From: Schizochytrium sp. TIO01
Taxonomy: Eukaryota > Protista > Bigyra: Labyrinthulomycetes
Reading direction: 5' to 3'
Length of the DNA: 64,000 bases
NCBI GenBank assembly: GCA_004764695.1
Contig: SMSO01000014.1
Coordinates: 429,648-493,647 of the forward strand
Shown here: piece after piece, positions 28,950-40,974 of the stretch
Layout of the letters: each line of letters begins with the position of its first letter
Numbering within the stretch: position 1 is the first letter of the stretch
Notes under the pieces: model-generated
Seen by the model: the letters and a program-made list of their open reading frames with translations, nothing else
Databases searched by the model: none
What the model was told of the DNA's origin: nothing
Made by a program: the position numbers and the translations under genes

Positions 28950-29952
28950 CTTGTTTTATTCAAGTGTGTTGATCAATCCTTGTTCAGACTCCCTTTGCTC
29001 TGCGCACCGATCGTGTATCCCCCCAGAACAGGTTCTGTGCGCAGGGGCGAGGCATACAAAAGTCTCTCAAATTGGTTTTGCCTTGATTGAGCAGAAGTGA
29101 CGTCTTTAGCAAGTGGATGTCTGCCAGTGGCAGATTTCCAGGAATAAAAAGAAAAGGCCAAAATGTTTTGATTATTCTACAGATTCTCTCTCTATCAAAA
29201 TTTGGTCAGGAAGCCATCATCAAGTCACTTGACCAATCATGAAAAGACATCAGTTCGGCTGTAAGATGAGCCAGTGAACTTACTTCAAGTCATTTTGGAT
29301 GTGGGGAGGCCAAGAAGAACAAAACCATCGTCATCGCGGTAGAACAGATAATGAAATTAGACGAATAAATTTGTACAAGTTATATCTTCAAATCCACAGG
29401 CAGATTAGTACAAAGAAAGGCTTGTTCGACATGCAGTCTTCATTCGTTTGCTTCCTGTTTAGAAGATGAGTAGGACTCTAAGCTCACTAATCCCAGAAGA
29501 AGTACGTTTATTTTATATATTTTTTTATTTATTTTTAAAGAAAGCAAAACTAGCATACCAAAATGAGACTTATCGAAATGAGACTTTAAGTGCTCAAAAC
29601 GAAATACAGAGGGCATGAGCACAATGCGACAAAAGAGAAATTATGAGTAAGTAACTTTATATCCACACTCACTTCCTTCGAGCAATGAAAAAGGGGAAAT
29701 GACGAATAAACAGAATGCGTGTTTGCTCAATTCGAGAGTAATAGCGGAGAGTCTATCATCATGACATTATTGACATCAGAACCATCACTATTGCTCATGT
29801 AAAGACAGAAAATGTAGTTGGCACAACTTGTTTAAGTTGCTGCCATCGATAGTGATGCATATTTATAAGGAAAAAGGTCACGATGGTTTGGTGATATGGT
29901 GTGATGTTGTCGTTGCATATTTAAGTAAATCAGTATTATCCTGGAAAGGATA

Positions 29953-31605
29953 TCATGATGAAGATGTAGGTGCTGCAGAGGGTGCCCGTGGTGCGCCTGC
30001 TGGGGCAATTTCAATGGTAGATCCATTGGACGCCGCTGTGACCACAGTGGCCTCGTTGTTTACAACTGAAGAAACAAGTTCGTGAGTCTGTTTCATTTTA
30101 GGCTTGGTATAGGTATAGCCAAGGAACTTGCTATCCCGGCGTGTTTGGCCTAGTCGGCTGCCCCGACCAATTCGTCCTTCATGTGCGCCAGGTAAGGGTT
30201 CATCAGGAAAGTTGTCAAAGAGACATGTGATCTCCTGAATAAGACAATCAAATTCTGGTGACTGGTGGTCGAGACGCTGCAGCTTGCCAAAAATTGTGTC
30301 AACATCGGTAGAGAATCTTGGGACATGAGGAGCTTGGAACTTGCGGATGTTAGCGAAGTCAACCGGAGCGAGCCAGGGGTGGCTCTTGATTTCTGCTGCG
30401 CCGTTCATACCGAGGCGATGTTCAGGATCACAGATAAGCTTTTTTACAAAATCCACGCATTCCAAACTCAAGCGCTGGAGGCTTTCCCGAGGAAACACTA
30501 ATGACTTGCGCCAGTGAATAATTTTACGGCAAGTGTCCATAGGAGTATCTGCATAAAAGGGTGGATAACCACACAGGCATTCAAATAGAATAACACCCAG
30601 ACTCCACCAATCGCAGCCCATGCCATAACCAGACTGAGAGAGAACTTCAGGCGCGATGTAATCTGGAGTACCTACTGTAGAGTATGCAAGTTTACGATCA
30701 CGACGATAGTTCATTGCACGCTGTGCAGCAGCTGCATCAGCGGGCGCACTCGCGTTCAAGGTCGCGGTTTGAGATGCCCGTGCTGTAGTTCCACGTCCAG
30801 ACCCAGGTCGTCCATTGTTCATCGAGCGTTGCATGCCTGGAAGCGGCTCCGATTCAACTTTTTTGCACAGACCTAGATCAGTAAGTTTAAGATGACCGCG
30901 CCAGTCCAGCAAGAGGTTGTCGGGTTTCAAGTCGCGATGAATATAACCTAAAGAATGCACAGCCTCAATAGCCAACACGGCCTCAGCGGCATAGAACCGA
31001 GTCGCCTCCTCTGAGAGAATGTCTTCCTTCATAAGCAATGCCATAAGATCACCACCAGGAAGAAATTCCATAACTAAATAGAGATTATGCTCGTCTTGAA
31101 AAGAATAGTGAAGCTCCACGAGCCACTGGGCCGAGTCGCTAGGTCCAGCGTGGGCAAGAATATTCCTTTCCGCCCGCACGTGAGAGACTTGGTTCTTGAG
31201 AACCATGGCCTGTTTAATCATGGTTTTCATAGCATATACCTCGCCTGTGTCCCGCTTCTTTACAAGACGCACCTGTCCGAATGCACCCTTACCGATAATA
31301 CGGAGTGGTACAAAGTCATCTGTAGTCATGCGCTTCCGCATAGACCTTGCTTTTTTCATCTCTTCACGCATTAGCTTATCACGGAGCTCACGTTTCTTGT
31401 CCTCATCAAGTCCCAAGCGAGCCATTTCACGTTCCAGAACCTCCATGCGCAGTCTACGCTCGGCGCGGTCACGTTCAATCTCGCGATACCTTTGCTCGAG
31501 GAACTCTTTGGTAGCAGCCGCTCGCTCCGTAGCCGCAGCCGTCACAGTCGGGCCAGCCTTTTTCACATTGGCTGCACTTGAGCGACTCGATGTGTATGCC
31601 ATCAT
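29953..31605 (-). CDS. NDR/LATS-family (STK38/Cbk1-like) AGC serine/threonine kinase
   Basis: N-terminal MOB-binding segment, [26 protein letters not shown], insert between subdomains VII and [19 protein letters not shown], hydrophobic motif FLGYTY. Confidence 0.95.
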   Translation of the reverse strand: MMAYTSSRSSAANVKKAGPTVTAAATERAAATKEFLEQRYREIERDRAERRLRMEVLEREMARLGLDEDKKRELRDKLMREEMKKARSMRKRMTTDDFVPLRIIGKGAFGQVRLVKKRDTGEVYAMKTMIKQAMVLKNQVSHVRAERNILAHAGPSDSAQWLVELHYSFQDEHNLYLVMEFLPGGDLMALLMKEDILSEEATRFYAAEAVLAIEAVHSLGYIHRDLKPDNLLLDWRGHLKLTDLGLCKKVESEPLPGMQRSMNNGRPGSGRGTTARASQTATLNASAPADAAAAQRAMNYRRDRKLAYSTVGTPDYIAPEVLSQSGYGMGCDWWSLGVILFECLCGYPPFYADTPMDTCRKIIHWRKSLVFPRESLQRLSLECVDFVKKLICDPEHRLGMNGAAEIKSHPWLAPVDFANIRKFQAPHVPRFSTDVDTIFGKLQRLDHQSPEFDCLIQEITCLFDNFPDEPLPGAHEGRIGRGSRLGQTRRDSKFLGYTYTKPKMKQTHELVSSVVNNEATVVTAASNGSTIEIAPAGAPRAPSAAPTSSS

Positions 31606-33528
31606 CGTGCTCAGAATGATTAATTAACCACGATTCCTTTGTTGTACGCCGCACTTCAATCACAGCAGATTTGATCCCACGTTCACAAAAAAAAGCAACG
31701 CCAGAAAGGTAGACCTTGAATTCTGCAGTGTGATCACCTAGAACCAGGGGAGAGAAAGTCGAGTGCAAGATCGATACGAAAGATGCACAACGAGGATTGA
31801 CGAATTAGTCTAGCGCAATGTAATGTAAAATCCGCGGAGCTCCGGTCAGCAAGTGAATATATGTACGTATACACCTCTCACCACAGCGGCTGAGAGCTGA
31901 CAAGGTATAGCTAGCTATTCGTGATTCTATATGACGATACCCCCAAAGCAGCAGCAAAGCCTAGGGAGGTCTAGAGCGTCTTTGCAGAGCGATTTTGCAG
32001 TGAAACCAATGCAAAGGAGGTTAACCCGGGCCAGGTTGGTCTGCCTGGTAACAACAAGCTTTGGCAGATCGCCACGCAGAACCTTCCTGCTTTCACGGTC
32101 CTTTCCCAGAACGGAGGATTTGCCTGCAAGAGATGTCCACTCCAGCCTTGAAACGCAGCGGCCGAGCTTGCGTCGCTGTGGTGCTAAGGCGGGCGGGCGG
32201 GCGGGGGGGCGTGAAGGCGGGCGTCTTCGCTTTGCTCTCTTCTTCTTCTTCTTCTTCTTCTTCTGCTTCTCTCTATTTTTATTATTTATTTATTTTATAA
32301 CTTGAATGTACTATTTTATTCTCAATTTACTTTTACTTTAATCTATGGTATAGGACCTATTTCTTTATTCTATTCCTTTAAAATATATATTTTCAAGTTG
32401 TAAAATCAGAATATTGAAGTACCTATCACCTTTTGTAAGTGTAGGAGTGCCTAAGTACTCTCAAGGGTGGGTATGGAGGCAGTAAGAGTAGTACAAATAG
32501 AAGTCATTCAACAAAAAGGTTTCCACTCTGATGACGTGAAGAACATTTCCTCGCTATACCGTGTCCCTTACTTCTCACCTCGCTGTCGATACTCACACAA
32601 CTCAGACTCCATGAGTATAGCAATGCAAAGGCAGGCCCAGTTCAAGGTACCCACGGAGCAGTTTTCCCCAAGGCAAATAAACTTTGGTTTTTCTAGTTTA
32701 GGCCGCCCGAAAGAAGAAGAAGAAGAAGAAGAAGTAAAAACTATTGTTCTCTCTTCTTTTTTCTTCAAAATAAATATAAATCAAAATTGAATTTGCCTAT
32801 CTGTCCTTTTAACTTAATTGAAACAGAACTCAGAAACCTTGAAGTCCTCTGCCAACCCAAATGCGTCATTGCAGGTGAGTGATCTTGACCTTGAGGCAGG
32901 CTCTTGGAGACAAATAAATATAGGCCATACGGTTTACTCAGCCCTCTTTAATAGCGACGGCGCTCTATTTTGACTCTGTCCTCACTCCATCTTCGAGGTG
33001 GCTAGTCTGCCTTTATTCACCCCTCCTTTGCCCTCGTGTGGAGCACCCCAGAATCGTTCCTAATAGTTTTTTCTCTAGCACTTCTAGCGGCCCATGTTTT
33101 GCTTGTATCTGTTTATTCACTGTAATGTATGCAAATTCAATTTTCTAAAACAATTTTTTTGCAGCTATAAACTAAACAAAGGACAGTCATTCGAGCACTC
33201 ACTCACCCAGCAGGAAACTCCATCCAGCGTGTCGAAACCAGGCTGACTCTGCAGGGCTTGAGAAACGGGCCTCTGCAAAGACCCACAACTGGCACCTTCG
33301 ACCTCAAATAGAGCTCCTTCGATTCAATTGAGCTTTTCTCGCGAAGGAACTTGAGCTTTGCAGGAACGATTGCCTGTCTCTAACTTTTTACGATGACCTC
33401 TCATCATTTTATCTATCAATCGATCTATTTCGCCCACTAGCTAATACTAGTCTATGTATGTGTACCTCGATTCTTTTCTCTACTAGTAGAAAATAGCGAC
33501 GTATGATAAAAACTCCGCCTCCTCTTTG

Positions 33529-33601
33529 TTCATTTATTCATTCATTCATTCATTCATTTATTTATTTACTTATTTGCTTATTTATTTATTTATTTGCTTA
33601 T
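33529..33601. repeat. (TTCA)n/(TTTA)n compound microsatellite
   Basis: Directly visible. Confidence 0.85.
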
Positions 33602-34077
33602 TTTCAGTTTTAAACAAATCAAAACTAAACCAAACTAACAAAGCTTGAGAAAAGCAAGATGATGTGCACTTGAGAAACACTCGGAATGCGGAAGTCTTCC
33701 TTCCTCTTCTCGAGGCCCCCATCTTCATCAAACCTTGGGAGCTGCGACGCAATAAGCTCCTCCCTCCTGGGCCCAAGATTGGTCAAAGCCGAGAAGAGAT
33801 GCCACCCCGCCTTCCGTCTGTCGGCCTGGCTACTTTTGAGCAGCCCTTACGCACATTGATTGATGCTCCCTCGTTTGTCAATTCTGCCCAAAATAACAAT
33901 AGCCAGGCCAGTGCTACCCCTCCATAGCTGACTCCTACCCATCTGGCAGAATGGAATCGAATCAGTAAGTACCTACCTAGTCGGTACTAGTAAGTAAAGG
34001 TGAGTAAGTGTCGCAGAGGCACTCACTTCCCAGTACTCGTAATTGAACGAAGTGAATCCTCGCGTTGAAACTTGAAC

Positions 34078-34131
34078 ACACAAACAACAAACAAACAAGC
34101 AAACAAACAAACAAACAAACAAACAAACAAA
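34078..34131. repeat. (ACAA)n microsatellite
   Basis: Directly visible. Confidence 0.9.
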
Positions 34132-36569
34132 TACACATACACATACATGCACATCCTTCAAGTTATACACCGATCGAAGCATTTGGCGGCGATAAATCAA
34201 TTAATCGTGAGCTTTGAAAGTGATTGGAGATGGAAAGTGATCGAACTGGTGATGAAAAGATGGGGAATTTGGTTTTTTGAGGACTTCTTCCACATAGTTC
34301 CCATCCCAAAAGTCGGCCAACCAGCCCCGCTTGCGCTGCTCTTAAAGCCGTGCCCCATGCGAGACTTCGCTGCGTATTCTGCAGAGACCTCTGTTATATT
34401 TCGCAGCACCACCATCGCAGCAGGATGGCCGGCCTTCGCTGTGGTCAACTCCTTCACAGCAACCTATTACATCATAACGAAATACGACGATTTTTCTATT
34501 GTTTTATAAAAGAATACTACCCTAGTGGTAGGTAGATATCATATATACCTACCTACCTATCTGCATAGTACTGAATAGCTAAGTTAAATATCGCATTGTT
34601 CTTTTCTTTTAAATAAAAGAATATTAATATTTATCTATTCAAACTCTTTAATTAAAATAATGAAAAACATAGAAATGAGATGTACAATTACCTAACTAAT
34701 AATAGGACCGAATGGACGTGTTTGTTCTTTTCTAAAGCTTTTTGTTTCGATGATCGATCTTTCAAAGATGAATTTAGTACCGTACGAAACTCAATTAAGC
34801 ACTGTGCACAGCGTGTCTTATCTAGACTAGAGTCGGTTTACTTTGATTTCTACATTGCTTGGTTTCCTGTGATACTATCGATTACTACCAAATCGCAAAC
34901 CAGAAGACACTCCCTTCAATTAGTGAGTGGAAAGAAAATATATACAGTATCTCTTCTTTTGAGCTCACCGTCTCTCGTACGCTCTCTTCGAGCGTGGCGT
35001 GGGAGATCTTGAGATCTGCATAGGCCCAACCCACTTGGTCTTGCAGCGAGCCCATCCTATATGGTCTCCTTTCCACCGACCAGTCGAAAGTACTGCTTGC
35101 TCCGCGCTGGTGTGATTTCCCTTTTAAATAGGTGCGTCTCCTTTTTTCAATCAATTAATCGCTGATTACTTGAAGGGTACAACTAGGTAGGTACGCAGTG
35201 AAAACTTTGCAGTGGTATATTACTTAGTCTGGCCTCAAACTGCTCAGATTGGTCAATATGGCAGCAACGCCAAGTTGCCGTAAAGCTAAAGAATACGTGA
35301 GTAAGGACAAGGATTGATAGAACATTTGTATTCACTTCAACTGTGAGGTACATTAAATATAATCATTTAACAAATTATGCAGTTTTTTATTGTTGTTTTT
35401 TAGTGTTTTTTTAGATTGACTTTGAAAAGGTAGAGTAGATCTAGTCTGAAGAAAAGCTAGAACGAAGCTGCAAAATATGACCGTAAACCCGCCTAATGCC
35501 TCAGCCAGTTTCCTCTCAACGGAGGACTTCGTGACATTCAACAATGAGCCCGACATGTTGTTTCAAAGAAGTGTAAACCCTTCAGTATTAGGAAAAGTCT
35601 TAGCATATTATCTCCTCTATCTTTCCCACGATCGTCTATGACAGCTTAGCAAGATTCTGCCAACAGCATCTGGCGTTCTTGGAATTTCAAAAGTTCAATC
35701 TCAATACATATTACTTGAAGAGTACCTGAATTTCATGACACCATTAATTGAGTATTGGAGGTATGAAACGCGAGACCTTGTTAATAATGATGATGAGATG
35801 GAACGACCCTCTCAGTTTTTGTGTTGAAATATAAATTTCCACATTAAATACTGAGAGTCCCACTTGTACTATGGACCCGCTAGCCTTGGCTAACAAATAT
35901 GTTTATGAACTCGCTAGGAAGGACAACTTGAAAACTTGCCTTTGGCTAAATTTGGATGTGAAGTAATCTTGAGCATAGTTTCGCTTGTCAAATCAAAACA
36001 GATTAATTATCCGTCTGACCAAACCATGGATGCTTCCACAACGAGTCGGGACTCATATACAATGTAATACATAGCATAGCCATTAAGCTCGTGCTGCCTT
36101 TTTATTTTGCATTTTGCTTTCTTCGCTTCGAAATTATATTCTAAGTAGGAGGTATTTTGTAAGACCTCATCTTCATAATAAATAAATCAATCCGAAAAGA
36201 GTCTGAGCAAGCGCTTGACAGCTGGGGCAATGAACAAATCAATATTATTCAAATTCAAACTAGCCTAAATAATAAATACAAAAATAAATCAGCAATATGG
36301 GCTATTCATCATGCTTCGTCGAAAGAAAAAACTACCTAGTTTGGCGATTGTGTCCTGTAGAAGCCAAGACTTGCAACCAGCACAATAAAACTTTCACGAA
36401 AGATGTAGAAAACAATACAACTTTGCAGCAGGAGAAATTTATTAACAACAACAACAAAAAAAAACAGAAGAGAACCAAAAAAAAAGCAAATTCATGAGTA
36501 CAATATTGGAGTAAGAGTAGTAGTGGCACATAGATAAGGACAGAAACATCGTGAAGGCATTTAAGGCGT

Positions 36570-38555
36570 TTAGGAGATATCCACTTTGCCGTTCCGAAGC
36601 ATACGCTTCTTCTTCTTCTTGCCGTCCACACGCGGATTGTAGTCTTCCTCCATAAACTTTTTGCCCACCGCAATGTGCTTGACACGGGGCTTCTGCTTTT
36701 TGCTGTGTTTTTTAATAATCAGTTTCAAATGAAGTCATGTTAGTTATACCATGCGCTTAATATCTCAATATACCCCCCTCCCTTTTTCCAGCCATTACAC
36801 GAGTTTGGTTTTCCGCAATAAACTTTAAACAAGATTTTGTCCGCCTGGGAACCCCTTCAGGTGTCCTCTAACCACTGAAGAAATAATCTCTCTTGACAGT
36901 CTTCGTTTTGAGGGAGCTAGACATTCAGGCTTTGAAAAAGAACAACAATAAAACATCACACCAGCAGAGGTATCGATTTGAATGAACCTTCCTGTTCTCT
37001 CATGTTCTTCCCTTTAATTTTGAGCTGTCAGCAATTCACTTCGTTTCATAGGATAAATCAAACGAAAGATGGTGTTTTGTGATTGATTCTCGTCACCCAG
37101 ATCAAAATTAAAAGAGAACACAAAAGCAAATTAGACTCTTCCAATCGAAGAAGAACACTCCAGTGTTTATGTATATTTGCGTACTCTCCTCTGCATGTGT
37201 GATGTCATACACGTATGACATACACAGATAGCCTAGTAGTTATGTTCCTAGTTGCTCATGCAGAACACTCGCTCTCATCTCTTTCCTTAAATGTTAATCT
37301 CCACAAGGTAAGACGATATCCCATAACCTAAAATTACCAGATAAACTGGTGGCGGTTGTTGAGAAATTTGGAAAAGCGTCCTCATGATCAAGAGATAACC
37401 CCACCTCCACACACTAAACAAAATCAATAAAACGTACGCAAGACGGCGAGAAGACTCGCCAATATCCATCATGTTGCGCTGGTGCATGCTCTGGTAACGT
37501 TCAAAAACCAGATCGCTGTGAGGCTTCATCTCACGCAATGTTCCCTTCAAGTCAGAGGGAAGCACCGCTTCTACTCGCGGAACATACTTGTGAACACGGC
37601 CGTTAATCTTGGGTGCCGGTTCCTCAAGAGCCTTCTCCGCAAGCAGTTTTTCTTTATCTGCGATCCGTTGTTTTTCCTGCTCCTCAAGCTCGTCAACGTT
37701 TGCGACTACTTCGTGGAGACGATCGAAAGTTTCTTTAAGATTGAGTTTGGCAATCTTTGCGTATCGAAGAGCCTCGTTTTCCTTAAACCTCTTCAGGCGG
37801 TTGCGCTCCCTGCGAGTGACGCGGTCGCCATCCTCGCGTTTGCTCTTCTTAGTTGTGCGCTCCCTCTTGGAGCCAACCTCGCCATCTTTTGTTTCCTCCT
37901 CTTCGTCGCTGCTGGACTCGTCATCGCTCTCGCTAGCCTCTAGCTGACCAAATGACAGTCCAAGTTTCCTCGCGTTTACGCGGCGCTCCATGCTTTCTTC
38001 AAAGCCCGCTGGTTTTGTGTAATTGTTAAGAGATTCTTCGTATGCAATAGCGTCGTCGACGCTCTTGCTCAGGCCTGCCTTGTACGCTTCCAGTTCAGGG
38101 TTGTAGGAGGCAGCATCCGAGATGACGCGGACCTTGGGCACAAGGCTAGACTTGGTGCTGCGTCCACGCATTGCCTGACGAGCCTTGCGTCCAATCTTGA
38201 CATCTTCTTCATCATCAGCCCAAAGGTCGGCAACGCTAGACGTCTGTTTCTTCGCAGAGGGTTTCTGCGAGCTTGAGGAGGACTTGGAAATGCGGTTAAG
38301 CAGCACCTCGTCAGTCTTGGAGACCTTCGGGTTAGCTTTGAGCTCAGCCTCGCGGCGCTCCTCTTCTTCACGGCGACGGCGAGCCTGAGTCTTACGATCG
38401 CCAACAGCAGCGGACTTCTCCTCAAAGTAAAGAAGCTCGTCAGGCTTTCCGACAGGTCCTGCAAAGGACGTGCGGAGCTCCGCGTCAAGAGCCTTGCCGG
38501 AATACTTGCTCTTGCGTTTGCGCGCGTGCGCCTTACCAATCTTGGGGCGACCCAT
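36570..38555 (-). CDS. NOP53: Ribosome biogenesis protein NOP53/GLTSCR2; two exons (38555-37438, 36702-36570), 416 aa
   Basis: DELLYFEEK, DLW, ASYNP, LPSDLKGTLREMKP, FERYQSMHQRNMMD motifs. GTACGT donor at 37437 and CAG acceptor ending 36703 join in frame to give the expected basic tail LAKKQKPRVKHIAVGKK...KKKKRMLRNGKVDIS*. Confidence 0.88.
37025..37100 (-). ncRNA. Intronic box C/D snoRNA, predicted guide for LSU rRNA 2'-O-methyl-A (yeast Am807 equivalent; snR39/snR59-like)
   Basis: C box GUGACGA (37096-37090), D box CUGA (37031-37028), terminal stem CUG/CAG extended by UAAUUUUGA/UCAAAAUUA. The 12-nt guide CACCAUCUUUCG (37074-37063) is complementary to conserved LSU CGAAAGAUGGUG and lies 1 nt upstream of D' UUGA. 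Confidence 0.8.
37289..37410 (-). ncRNA. Candidate intronic H/ACA-like snoRNA
   Basis: Two plausible hairpins (GUGG..CCAC; UAAUUUU..GAGAUUA), ACA 3 nt from the end, 122 nt. The hinge AGUUUA is not a canonical H box and I found no target. Confidence 0.35.
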
Positions 38556-39712
38556 GGCGGCTTGTCAAGATCAAGATCTGAAAGCCAATGAATCAGACCA
38601 GCCCGTCAGCGGCCAATCGCAGCGGCAGCTGCCGTTGCTTCCGCGCTCGAGGCTGAAGCGGCGGACTGGGTCCGCGAGGCGTCCGCTGCCGGTCTCTGGC
38701 AGCGTCGCGATGCAGAACTGCCTCAGACAGCGACCGCGTCCAACCAAAACGGATGGACCCAGCGGAATAGGAATTGAATGAGAGAGTGCTTTCAATAATA
38801 CATAATACAAATTCAAATTCTCTGCGGACCACCAAATTCAAATTCTGCGAATTCCCCATTCCATATGCTATGCTCAATATGGCGCCGAGAAGGAAAAACT
38901 TTTCACTCACAGCCAGGATAGTGCTCAATAGCTATAACTGTAGGAGCCAAGAATTGTTACTTCCAGACTTAGAATTCTGAAAACCGAGACATCGAAGCAA
39001 AAGAACTCGAGTTTATTGGTGCAGGCTGATACATCAGCAGCTAAAACGCAGCCCTGAAGCCACCCGAGAGCTATCCTAATGGTTTAGCCATTCAGAGAAG
39101 CCTTCGCAGAGTCGATGGCAATGGCTTGAGGTCGGTGATTCCCAAAAGTTTTCAAGAACTGCCTAGTGTGCTTGCTTACTCTAGAGTAGTACCTCTGTAG
39201 CAAGAAAGACCGATCTCTCTCCGCCAGTCACTTATTGATAGGAGAAGTATTTGCCGATTTCGTCTCTAGGACAATGGTCTAATTATCTACTCTGGCCTAT
39301 AGTGTGCTGTAGCCGCGGCTAGGGAAATTGCGGAAACCTCGAAAGAGCTCAGCAACCGTGGCTGGCTATGCGAGAAAAGGCTGCAAAAGCAGCAGAGGAT
39401 GTAGCTTCCTGCACGAAACCTTTGCTTCCTGCGCAGAGACCTTTCTGATTGAGCGCCACCCATCTTCAAAGGGTATGACTGGTCTGGAGATTTATCGCTG
39501 TTTTAGCAGTAAATTTAATACACGGGGTCTGATGCATGGAAGACATGGTGCGCAACCCATTTTGGGGTTGCACGGGGTCCAGAAATAGAGAGCAAGGCTG
39601 GGAGTAAATATCTTCATGTGGAATCGAAGCTAGACATCGTGGAGAAGGAAATGGGAAATAAACAAATGCTTTTGGGGCGAGAAGATTGACGCTTCGGCTG
39701 AAAAGGAGGATA

Positions 39713-40789
39713 ATGGCGGAGGTGAAGCTAGCTTCGAGACCTGGCAAAGACAGCCCTGTGACCCCAGAGCAGTTTAAGGTTGAACTTGCATACGTGGAAG
39801 ATGAGGGTAGAGAACCTCAAGAACTTGAAGATGGAGAACTTGTGTTGGAGCTGCTCGTCGTAAGCGTGGACCCTTACATGCGATGTAGATTTAACGAAAG
39901 CACTGGAGCAGACTATATGGGTCCGTTTCAAATTGGAGAACCAATATGCTCTGGAGGAGCTGCATTGGTCAAAGAATCTAAGCATCATTCCTACGTCAAA
40001 GGCGACGTGTTGATCTCTCAAATGCACATGCCTTGGAAGATGATCAACAGAGTTAAACCTGAAGATATTCCTGGTATTACCAAGCTTCCTGCAGAAGCTG
40101 ACCCGATGCTGTCTGTTGGTCCGTTGGGTATGCCAGGACTTTCTGCGTGGTTTGGTGTGAAGCAGAGTAAACCAAAATCGGGAGAAGTATGCGTTCTGTC
40201 CAGTTGTGCGGGAGGCGTTGGCTCCGTAGCAGGCCAGCTGTTTCGCCATGCTGGCCTGCGAGTGATTGGCATTTGTGGTAGTAAGGAAAAAGCAGCATGG
40301 AGTGAAGAGTTGGGTATTGCGGATGTTGCGCTTTGCTATCGCGACGATGACTTTGATGAGCAGCTGAAGGCAGCTTGCGAGAACAATGTTGATCTGTACT
40401 TTGACAATGTTGGAGGCATCGTTAGCGAAAAGGTGATTATGCAGCTAAAGCAAGGAGCACGAGTGATTGTTTGTGGACAGATCTCAAGTTACAATCAAGA
40501 TACAACCCGTGAAGATTACGAATACCCTGATCCATTGCCAGAGCCGATTGCAAAGCATCTCGAGTCTATCAAAGGTACGCGTGAACGTTTCTTTGTTGGC
40601 TGGTATACCGACGAAAATGACAATGCGCTTCAGGAAATGAACCGCTTGCATTTGAATGGCGAGCTTCAAGCACCGGTGGAATGGGTATATGGTTTAGAGC
40701 ATGCTGGGGATGCGTTTTGCGAAATGATGCAGGGCAAGTTTAAAGGCAAAGTCCTCGTTGATTGCCGTCCAACACAGAAGGAGACCTAG
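39713..40789 (+). CDS. NADP-dependent alkenal/prostaglandin reductase (PTGR/CurA-like MDR oxidoreductase)
   Basis: SVDPYMRCR, GMPGLSAWFG, SSCAGGVGSVAGQ, VDLYFDNVGG, VCGQISSYN, GKVLV; first ATG at 39713. Confidence 0.92.
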   Translation: MAEVKLASRPGKDSPVTPEQFKVELAYVEDEGREPQELEDGELVLELLVVSVDPYMRCRFNESTGADYMGPFQIGEPICSGGAALVKESKHHSYVKGDVLISQMHMPWKMINRVKPEDIPGITKLPAEADPMLSVGPLGMPGLSAWFGVKQSKPKSGEVCVLSSCAGGVGSVAGQLFRHAGLRVIGICGSKEKAAWSEELGIADVALCYRDDDFDEQLKAACENNVDLYFDNVGGIVSEKVIMQLKQGARVIVCGQISSYNQDTTREDYEYPDPLPEPIAKHLESIKGTRERFFVGWYTDENDNALQEMNRLHLNGELQAPVEWVYGLEHAGDAFCEMMQGKFKGKVLVDCRPTQKET

Positions 40790-40974
40790 ATATGTGGTAC
40801 GAAATTTTATGGTTGAAGTTTTACTTGTTAAAATAATGTCATGATCTATGAATAAACACACACAAAAAAGAAGTTGCATAATTCTATTAGAAACTCCCCA
40901 ATTCGAGAACTTCTTCTGTTTTCTGAACCTATCATGATCTTGCAGACTTCCCTCGTTCACAACAATTTTCTACC

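Noticed and set aside
32239-32734. (CTT)8 and (AAG)8 forming an inverted pair ~470 bp apart
   Set aside because: Common microsatellite; the complementarity does not extend into flanking unique sequence.
37287-37437. Hydrophobic C-terminus of the track's 422-aa NOP53 ORF as a TM segment
   Set aside because: It is read-through into an intron; splicing gives the expected basic tail.
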